DNA of 64,000 nt from Phoronis australis (Eukaryota > Animalia > Phoronida), in NCBI GenBank assembly GCA_002633005.1, contig NMRA01000001.1, forward strand, positions 1,896,938 through 1,960,937, in the 5' to 3' direction. Below the pieces are notes generated by a model. The model did not search any database. It saw only the letters and a program-made list of their open reading frames with translations, and was not told where the DNA came from. Every line of letters begins with the position of its first letter. Position 1 is the stretch's first letter. The translations under genes were made by a program, and so were the position numbers. Positions 19,100-29,500 of the stretch are shown piece after piece.

Positions 19100-19560
19100 T
19101 TAATTTCCTCCTGGAAGCGCTAGTGTATTATGGGCCAGGCCCTAAGATCCGTTGTAAAGATAATGGCGAAATTTTTGTGCGGGTTCGCTATGTTAATTGG
19201 AACTTCACCGTGAAACCACCTTTCATTCTTTTTGATAATGCAAACAATAATTTTTGTGTTAACGCAGTTAACTCCGAGTTTCCACCCCGTTGGCAATATC
19301 GATACAGTGTATTCAGTTTTCTCTGTAGGTCGACTACACTGAATGAATATAGGACCACTGAAATTATCTGCATACAACAAATGAAACAGCAACTCCACCA
19401 TACCAAAAGCCCATGTACACCTAAATCTTTCGTTTATATATGGAATAAATAGGAATGGTGTTACTTTTGTGACGGCTCTTTGAGTCCGCTGGGACAGTCA
19501 AATGCGTATAAACTAGCACTCAGCCCAACACTAACTTAGCAGCATATGGATCGAAGCATA
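19100..19560 (-). pseudogene. Non-LTR retrotransposon (LINE) reverse-transcriptase relic
   Basis: Frameshifted minus-strand frames join to give FDCPSGLK...FHLLYAD(N)...VLYSFSVVDLQRKLNTLYRYCQR/WKLGVNCVNTKIIV...KKNERWFHGEVPINI, which is the YADD region and downstream RT motifs of a LINE ORF2. Confidence 0.75.
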
Positions 19561-19656
19561 TAGGGAATATTTTACCCTCAATTTTGTGATGTACAAGCTT
19601 AAAAATAATAGTTTACATTTCTATACATAATAGTAAACAGAATTTGTTAAATGCAC

Positions 19657-20355
19657 NNNNNNNNNNNNNNNNNNNNNNNNNNNNNNNNNNNNNNNNNNNN
19701 NNNNNNNNNNNNNNNNNNNNNNNNNNNNNNNNNNNNNNNNNNNNNNNNNNNNNNNNNNNNNNNNNNNNNNNNNNNNNNNNNNNNNNNNNNNNNNNNNNNN
19801 NNNNNNNNNNNNNNNNNNNNNNNNNNNNNNNNNNNNNNNNNNNNNNNNNNNNNNNNNNNNNNNNNNNNNNNNNNNNNNNNNNNNNNNNNNNNNNNNNNNN
19901 NNNNNNNNNNNNNNNNNNNNNNNNNNNNNNNNNNNNNNNNNNNNNNNNNNNNNNNNNNNNNNNNNNNNNNNNNNNNNNNNNNNNNNNNNNNNNNNNNNNN
20001 NNNNNNNNNNNNNNNNNNNNNNNNNNNNNNNNNNNNNNNNNNNNNNNNNNNNNNNNNNNNNNNNNNNNNNNNNNNNNNNNNNNNNNNNNNNNNNNNNNNN
20101 NNNNNNNNNNNNNNNNNNNNNNNNNNNNNNNNNNNNNNNNNNNNNNNNNNNNNNNNNNNNNNNNNNNNNNNNNNNNNNNNNNNNNNNNNNNNNNNNNNNN
20201 NNNNNNNNNNNNNNNNNNNNNNNNNNNNNNNNNNNNNNNNNNNNNNNNNNNNNNNNNNNNNNNNNNNNNNNNNNNNNNNNNNNNNNNNNNNNNNNNNNNN
20301 NNNNNNNNNNNNNNNNNNNNNNNNNNNNNNNNNNNNNNNNNNNNNNNNNNNNNNN
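19657..20355. other. Assembly gap (N run)
   Basis: Run of N. Confidence 1.
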
Positions 20356-21109
20356 NTGACGGTGCATAGTCAAAACACTTACCCATTCAGAAGGAATTGA
20401 CATTTAGCGCACGTAACTACCGTACTTGCAGCTGCATTGATGTGGTAGGTCACCGACTCCGGTCAAAATTTGCGACTTAAGAGTAACGGATATCAAACGG
20501 GGCACCAAGTACGTTAACTTGAAAGCATTTCAATTTGCCAATAAAAATGTCGTTTTACACAACCTACGCGGGTGCTCCCGCTGCCAGTGCTCTAGAGCCA
20601 GTCTGCAACGAACGCCATTACCCGAGTATGGTAATGTTTTTAAGCTCTTTGGATTCAACTAAACATGGCTACGGTGCATCTTCAAACCTCTTGACTAGTA
20701 TTGAAGAAATGCAAATAATTGGTAGATCGTTCCCTAGTAGTCAGTAAGAGCAGACAGAAACCGATGATCACCGTCATCGGGTAGTGCAAGTGCGGCAACC
20801 TTTCCGGCTGCCACTCCGACAGTCACTGGCGTCCTGCTAATCCTTACAGATGTTCAATGCTTTTACCTGACAATGAAATTGACTGATGATTCTCTGTTAG
20901 TCAACTTTTTATTTGCTGTAGCCGCATATTGTTAATTCTATGAGTCGTATTCTGACACTTCGGGTAACTATAAGTGGCACAGAATGAAGTCAACGCGAAA
21001 AACAAAGTTGTACTGTTCAAAGTGGTTCTCTGTCGCTCAAACAGAAGTCGAACTGTTCACCAAGATTTTTATGGTTTGATGGTAAAGATTTTGAATTTCT
21101 GAAAATGTC

Positions 21110-21422
21110 AAATATAAAAAGGTAAATAAAACAACATGGATCAACTGAAATTTTCGGATGTAATAACTTCCTTTGTCAACAGAAACAGAAATAAAGTAAA
21201 ACCAAACACTATATGACAATTGACATTTAAGATATGGTGTAATGAACGTGATACATTTTTGTGTAAAAAATTCAATGACATATTTTGAGAAGTTTTTATG
21301 TTCAATCCATGAGGTTCTATTGTATTGAGCTTGTCTATCCAATATTGTTCTCTTTTGAGTCTGTGAGGGGCACTGGTGTGTTGGAGTTTTTCTATTATTT
21401 GTACAGAAAGATCTTGAATATT
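21110..21422 (-). mobile_element. 5'-truncated Penelope-like element copy (GIY-YIG C-terminus plus 3' pLTR)
   Basis: Near-identical to ~58105-58402. Encodes NIQDLSVQIIEKLQHTSAPHRLKREQYWIDKLNTIEPHGLNIKT. Confidence 0.9.
21145..21182 (-). ncRNA. Minimal hammerhead ribozyme variant (U3-A8) in Penelope pLTR
   Basis: Minus strand reads CTG-TTGACAA-A-GGAAGT-TATT-ACATCC-GAA-AATT-T-CAG: stem I CTG/CAG, core UUGAcAA, stem II with one mismatch, GAA plus palindromic AATT stem III. Homologues at 16594-16632 (+) and 58147-58186 (-). Confidence 0.55.
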
Positions 21423-21836
21423 AGTTTCAAAGAGCGACCAGTCAACTGGATGTCGATCTTTGTTGATGACTGAGTACGTCATTCCCAAGCACAAGGCAAG
21501 GCGGAATGAAACACGGTCACATTCGATATGGTGGCAATTAAGGGATACTGACTCCTTTGCACATTTTTTTTCATCCCTTGAGCTTTGATGCAAACAAATA
21601 AACAATGATGATTGTGAACTTGGTGAATGTTTACTGAGTGCACATACTCGCTTATATTGGCTACCATACTTCCCATGCGGAGAGTGTTGGATGAAACTTC
21701 GACTGTATAGTTTCGGCTGTGTTTCAAAGATAGTGAATCGGACGGTTTCTTGCATTATTCAAAGTGAATAACGCTCACGTTAATAACCCCAATCAGTCAC
21801 TGCAAGATTTTCCCATTATAAGTTCAGTTCTCATCA

Positions 21837-22139
21837 TAGTCGTGCACCGGGCGCTCGGGCCGCGGACATGCCTTGCCAACTACATATGCTGGCTACTGAC
21901 CACCTAGCGGCACGCACGGAACCAACGACGCACCGGGCGCGGTAACCTGGTTCCTGGGCATCACAAGCTGACGTCACGGATAGCTTGTGAAGGGACCCCA
22001 ACCAATCTCGAGGGTTTCAGTATGCAGGAGACCTACGGGCCCGGCCGAGCGCCCTCTGAGCCACCTTCACCCTTGCTAGATACGCCGAGAGGCGGCAGCA
22101 CAGACACTCTCCCAGGTTTCACACCCGCAGCCTGGACTA
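21837..22139. mobile_element. GC-rich MITE-like insertion upstream of SGPP
   Basis: GC-rich island in AT-rich DNA with short TAGTC...GACTA termini and a repeated GCACCGGGCGC motif. Confidence 0.35.
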
Positions 22140-22462
22140 AAACTGAGTCACTGTTGTTGATAAGTGCTAGTATTAACACTTAGTTCCATATAAGTGATAC
22201 TTTTTGACAAATACAAAAGCTAACAATTCTAATTTAGTTTTTTCATTACATTTAGTTGCGTAACATATACAAACACAGCCGGTTTCAGTATCAGTGATAA
22301 AGCAATAAAGTAGCATCTGGCGGGAGTTTTTCATCGAAGCAACACCATAACGAGGCTGTTGGTTTCCACGAGAGAAGTGAGGAAGTTTGCGACTGAGTGT
22401 TCAGGTTCGTCTTATACATAAGGCCTATTCAATCGTTCAGTCGATTGAAGATAACAAAGTTC

Positions 22463-23462
22463 ATGGATTATTTGTGGAAACTGAATGATCCACAAATTGT
22501 GGCTGACTTTCAGAGACTGTGTGGCGTTGTAGTGGAGCATGACTCTGCGAACACGAAAAATGGACCGGCTTCCAGCCATTTGTTTCAAAATGGCGACGCG
22601 GTTACTCCGAAGTCCGAGGCCAAAATCCAATCCAAATCAAACGGTATACATGCGTCGCCTTATAATTTAAGGTCAAGGAGAACGTTAAGCAATACAAGTT
22701 CGACACAGGAGATGGAAATAGACGATGATAACAGCGCTAATTCCAGTTCAAGCGAAGATGCCGACACACCTCTGAAAAAACTGAATCCGGGAATGAAATA
22801 CCATGTCACGAACAGATTTTTGTATTGGCTGTTCGTCTGTGGAGCTGGTGTTGGCAACGAGCTATTCTATTGTTTCTTCTTTCCATATTGGTGTTGGAAT
22901 GTTGATGGATATGTGTGCCGTAGAGTCATCATCGTTTGGGTATTCATCATGTATTTTGGACAGGCTGCAAAAGATGTCATAAGGTGGCCCCGCCCTTCAT
23001 CTCCCCCTGTTGTCAGGCTGGAGAAGCGTTATGAGTTGGAGTATGGAATGCCCTCTACACATGCCATGATTGGACTAGCTTTTCCATTTACAGTGCTCAT
23101 TGCAACCATGAATAGATATGAGGTAATTGGGATCAGTTATTTACAGGGACACTATTTTGTTAAAGGCCAGTCAATTAATCACAGTGCCCGGTCTCCTACT
23201 TCGAAAAATAAGTGTCCTAATGATTGTTCCAGGTCCATATCCTAAAGAAGGAATTTAGTTCTATTTTCGAGGAAAAATTACACCTTTTGTAAGTTTCAAG
23301 GAAAAATTTAACATTTATTTTAAATACATGTGTGGTGGGACGGGATTCTCGAATAATGATTTCTTAATTCAGATTTAAATTAGGAGTTGTGTAATTTCAG
23401 TGATTTGCAGATGACGAGACGAGAGATTCTAATGGTGTGATTACCAACAATACTAACATAAC

Positions 23463-23501
<39 letters not shown>

Positions 23502-26500
23502 GTGATAATAACAATACTACTAATAATAATAATAATAATGATAAGTAATTAGTTACAACAACAATCTGAAGTTATGTAGATGTACTCGAGTAGATAGATA
23601 ATAACAGCAATACAGCGTCCTCGCTCATTCGTCAGGGGAAGGTGGCTGTGCCTTCAAAGACTGGAATTTTTTTGCCCCACCACCACCAATGCTTGCCATC
23701 CTTCGTCAGAATTTGTCTCAATTAGCCAAAACCAACATTTTGAAGAGTGGTTTTAACTTCAAGTGGAATTTTTAATCATTGGTGGGGAATTTTTGGGCCT
23801 GATTAGGAGAAGCCTACATGATTTATAAACATGTTTCAAAGGGACTTGGGCTAATAAAGTGTACATATTGTAATAATGACAATTTCAATGAATTAACAAT
23901 ATTTGTTCTAATCATAATTATAACAATAATAATATGATTTATACTCCTAAGAAGTATTAATTGTATAATAATAATATTAACCACAGGGCTGATTTGTAGA
24001 GAACCATCTTAAAAACAAAGTACAACCTCAGACTGCTGGTGGCGTCCTCAGCTAGAGCCTCACTCTCCAAATGAGACTTCAAATAGAGTCTTTTCACATT
24101 TCTAATGCACACACCATCGGCGTGAGTACACGAGACAGTGCGAGTGCCCGGGCATGAGTGCAATTGAAGGGGCATTGTTTACTTGGGCTCTGTTTACTTG
24201 AGCGAGAGCACATGCTTGTATGGCAATATAGCTGTAAAATTCTCCTGATTACATAACAGGTGGGTGGCCGCGATATTTGTTGCGTGTTTGGGTGTAGACA
24301 GGGCTCGACATAACGAGCTGCAGGTCGCATTTGAAATTTTGAAATGCGAGCTGAGATTTTTGCCAGCTCGTATCAAGTCGCAAAATGCGACCTAGAATTT
24401 CTAACGTAAGCGAGTTGCGTTTTTATACTTCTCGGCACACCGGGCAAATATAAAGCAACTTGTGGTTGTTGCCAAATCAAGTTCAAAAGAACACTAACCA
24501 CGAGAACATCCCTCCCGATGACTTGTTAGCGTGTCACATGAAAATGGGATAATGCAGAATTGATCTTTTACGGGTTTCATTGGCTAACATTTTCGGTTAG
24601 TTTTGTAAATTTCTGGATGAGCCAAAAAAGTTTTCGACAACGGCATAAGACGTGATAAAACGTCACAAAAGAGCTGTGTTTCTGCTAATTCTTAGAGGAT
24701 TAACTTGCCAAAGTTTGTGGTGGAAAAACATATTTTGCACGTAAGGTGTCCTTATCAAATATCCACGACATAATCCCTGGTATCACAATGCAGCACTTGT
24801 TGGTCCCGTTGTTAGCGCGCAAGCACATCTGTCAAACGACCGTGACTTGGAAATGTGCGTCTGGTTTTGATCGCAAAATAGAGCATACGATAAACGACGG
24901 CCACGTCTTTCACCAAAGTAGATTTTGAGTCGTCAAGAAATTCTCAAACCCTTTACTTGTTTCTTGGGCTGACGTGTGCGACATACGAGTCGTCTGTCAC
25001 CTGTTGTTGCCAACGTAAAGTGTAGGCCTACTCCAACGATTCAAGTGCATGAGCTCATGTGGGTGCACCATTCCAAAGCTGCAAATCAGCGACAGTCCTA
25101 AATGAAAGAGTATACCGGCTTGGCTTTGTTAAGCACTCGGGTGCCAGTGACTTATTTGACAATGAACTTAATAGATTCCCGGTGGTTAAGAAAGGCCCGA
25201 TGCTTAACGATATTCCCTGGGACCGATGTAACCCAGAACTAATGCTTTCCCTCTGTGATGTTCCCCGGGTCGATGTTCCCTAGGCCTGATGATCTATGTC
25301 GTAACCAGCTATTGCCACTAAATGGGTGCAATGCATGTAGATGGGAAATTGTGGTTAGCGAACTTTTTTATTCTTCTCTTCATGCATCCCCCGCCAATTT
25401 TTCGCTCCCCAGGCCACGCCGTAAAGTAATTTTCAAACTCCAATAGAAAGAATCTTGTTCCGGCTGAAGTGGGCGATTAAAATAAAATTATTCTGGGTGC
25501 CTAAGGGTACAGTGTAGGTGGTAATGATAGCCAGAAATTGGCCCCTACTCGATGAAGTTTGCCTGACAAGTTCGTATTACAACGTTTCGTACCATCGCAG
25601 TCTTTCAATATCTTACTACCTCAAACACTCAGGTTAACAACTGTGCTCTCGTATGCGCCTACTCCCTACCTTTGAAGTGTTTCATAATAAGCGCCCAAAG
25701 CTCTACTAAGCGTTCTTCGTCGACTTTTGAGAATTCTCAATTAAGCACCCACAGTTCAGGCTAGCGACCATCATAGCGCCGCAAACGACCACATGTGGTT
25801 TGAAATTGACACGCAGCCTATATAGTGAGTCAGTCTCATTTTACACAACAAATTCAGTTTTCAAAGAGAACGTCTTTTCTCAATATGTAAAAACCAACCC
25901 CGGCTTTGTTTTGTTCTTCCGAAAGAAAGTAAAGACAGTGCCATATGTGTCGTTTTGTTGACCTATTTTTTCCGTACATGGAAGGTATTGAGGAGCAAAG
26001 GTGAATTGCCCGATGGAAGCTTGCACTGAGACTTCATTTCATGGAAAACTAATTGTTGAGTACTTAAACAGCATAAGTCCAGCATTTAGTTGTGAAATTT
26101 GCAGTGATTTGTAAACATGCATCCGGCATACGTCATTTGGCTAAGGCAACGTTTCACGGATTTTTTCGATAGGTTGTTTTTCAAACATCGAGTTAAGTTG
26201 CAAAGTTTGGAGGTTTGCACCTAGAGTTTGGATCTTTAACAATATTGATGACAGTAATATAGCAGGTCAGACCTAGCAAAATCGCGCATCCTTTTCAACG
26301 AATATTTTATCCCTTTTCACGTTGCAAACTTAGATACTGGAATGCACTTGTCGGATAGAGAGTACTGATTCAACTTTCACTGCGGCAACAACCTTTGAAT
26401 GTCGGTTGTGAAGAACAGTAACATCGTAGGCCTACCTGCATGTAAGAACTCAATTTTGCAACCTGAAATTTAACGCCGCAGGTAAGAGCATAATCAAAAC

Positions 26501-29500
26501 CTTTTCTTGATAATATCTAAAACGGCTATTTTGGTGCGTAAAAATGGCGGGAAAATTTGCAACCTGGCATTTGTGAATTTGAGCTGAATTTTGAAAATGC
26601 GAATTTTGAAAATGCGACCTGGGATTTTGGCTAGGTTGCAAAATGCGACCTGACGATTTTCATAGCGTCGAGCCCTGGTAGAGACGTCAACCCGGAAATG
26701 TGTTAGGATTTTTACGCTTATATATCATCTACTAAGCTACAGCATTGGGCCCTGAACATAATATGGCCCGACCCTGCCTCGCAGTCACAGGGCCCTCACA
26801 ACTATGTTTTGTTTAGAACTGTGACAATGCATGTGCAAAACCAGAGGGTTTCATCGATCAAAACAATATTTGATAGGAACATTGTCGTATGGAACAAAAA
26901 TATGTGCTTTTTTGCAGTAGAAGTTGTGGAAGAAGTTGTTTTTCTAGGAAACACATTGTTTGTTGGTTAATTGTTCTGTGCCTGTATTAGGAGGCTCTTG
27001 TTGTAAGCTTGAGTAGGCGAGCAGTTGTTTACAATGAAGTTTTGTTGAATTCCCCAAAAACCTACCACTACCGTGAAGTTGGCATACATGTAACTAATGT
27101 CCAACGTATCTCTGTGATAACCTCATCAGTGAATTGTACCTCAGACAGTGTGACTCTGTTGGTCAATGTTAATCAATGATTTCTTAAAAGATTCACGAAA
27201 ACGTACCTCATCTGGGGGGCACTTGCATAGTAAGGGTCTTCTGGTTGAGAAACGTGACAGCAAGTAAAACTCATAAATTGTTCAGCCAGACCAAAAGATT
27301 TTGTCAGTTGGACGAAATCTGACTTGGTCTGGAGGCCCAAGTGCATGAACTAGAACAACTTTGCCGCAGAACTTTTGTCCGTTATTGAAAACAAGACTTA
27401 TGCAAGTCTGACTGAAAAATTAAGACTTCTATTGTAGTTTCTCAAATCAGCATTGCCGAGATTCACAAACAGTGAATAGTTTGTAAGTTGCAATTTGAAA
27501 CCTTACTTTCAATTTCTGTTTCTTTTAGCGTAGTCCATGACTTATTCAGTTTGAACGGATGTGAATAATTTCCTGCATTCGTCAAACACAAAAACTTTGT
27601 CACACACCTAAACTTGAACTGCGTCTGGCATTGTCATGCTCATTTGAGTGCTCGGCGTGTCATGGAATGCATACGTTAAATCATGGTTCCCTTAAAACTG
27701 AAGTTTCTTAAAATTTTAGTTGAAGGCATTAGCCTAACATGAGCGCTAAGCTGAATGACTACAGCTCTACAATGTAATTCCTAAAATTGTCACATGGAAC
27801 AAACTGAAATCAAGTGACTGATTACATAATGTCAGACTCTCCCAATATTCGTATTTTTTGTACACTTGTTCCAAACGGTTCTCAGTTTTAATATGTGGTT
27901 GTCAAAGAATGGAAGTGTCCAACCATTTTAACATCACATGATTCCAGAGTGATTCAACTGGCATGTAGATTATTGAAACTCCCTTACATCTACCTGAGAC
28001 AAAGGGCAAGATAGAACATTACAAAATTGAGGGAGCAAGTGGGAGTACAAACCATTTTAAAGCCATCATTCATGTTGACTCCGGTCATTCATAGGGCGTA
28101 CATGCATTTAATGTTTGTGTGTCATTCATAAACAGTTACGTATCACTGATCAATCTCTAAAGGAAGAAGATCTCGAACATTTCATCCTCAAGCTCAGAAT
28201 TTCGGTCTTTCATTGTACTTTTCAACCTTTTTCACATTTTGACCCGTGACTTTCCTTTTAGCTTGATGTATACGTTTGTCTTTCTTATTTGCATTGGGGG
28301 ACCATTGATGAATTGGCTTCTCTTCTTTATTTGCACGCACTCTTGATGTTATTCCTCCCCTGTCATTTTGTGAGAAATGGACTAAATAGTGTACCCANTT
28401 AGTACTTAAAAAAGCCCAATACAAGGGAGCTGTTTTTGTAAACTTAGGTGTAAAAGCCTTGTTCAACGCATTTTTAATTGTAAAAAAACCCCACTGTGTG
28501 TATTGGGGGGGGGTTACTGGTGAATGGGGTGGGGAGGGGAGTGGGTAATGCGGCGTTGGAATCATGGACGCCCTGGAATATTGGGAACCCCATTTTGGAC
28601 ACCCTATGTTCGAAATCCTAGATGAAGCCCTGAGTGTACCCAGTCTGGATATGTATAAAAAATACAAAGCATCCTATTTCTTGGCCGTAAAATTGACAAT
28701 ATAAATTTCTCAACAGTCATCAATTTGATGGATTGTCAAACTTTGTGTGGGCTTACATGAAGACGCAATCGTGGTGGAGGATTTGGTGTAGATAAACCTG
28801 CAATCCTGATTGAGATACCTAGATCAGGTTGAAGCTCAGGTTGGGAGGTTAAGGTTAAAAGTCCATCTCCCAACATAGGGAAGAGATAACATATCCTTGA
28901 CCATTCTGTGATATATTCATGTAGTGGGTTACATTCATTTGAGCAACAAAGCAATGGTTAAGACTCATTGTGACTAATAAGCAATGTTCATTGCCAGATC
29001 CGGGATCAAGGGGGTCCGGACTTCATAGGGGGGGTCAAGGGGTCTGGACCCCTTTCTTTTTCCCTTGATTTTAATGATATCAAATCTAGAATTTTTTAAT
29101 TTTTGACTTAGACCCCTTCTTTTAAAAAATTCTTGATATGACCCCCTTTAAAAAATCCTGGATCTGTCCCTGAAGTTAGAAAATGTTTTGACAGTTATTG
29201 TTTGATTTGCACTTCGAAAGTGACACATCATATAGGTAAAGTTCCCTAGATGTGGTCATTAATCTAGATGTGTCTCTTCAAAATTATTAATACGGATACA
29301 TTTTTAACAGAACAGTAGTTAGAAATGGGAGATATTTGCAGTATGCTTAACCAATTATGAAAACGTTGCTGATCACTTTTTTTCTCATTTGGCGGAAGGC
29401 ACATGTCATTACATTATATTTTGCCACCAAATTTCTCTTGTTGAAAAGTTTCCTTGATCCTGGATTGGATCCATATGTGCCATGCCTTGACCTCTGCGCT

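Noticed and set aside
21141-21755. 204-aa ORF as a novel gene
   Set aside because: Only ~45 residues match the Penelope GIY-YIG end. The rest is read-through into flanking DNA with no recognisable domain.
22397-22462. GTG-initiated N-terminal extension of SGPP from the ORF track
   Set aside because: This is a eukaryotic gene, so the first in-frame ATG at 22463 is the more plausible start.
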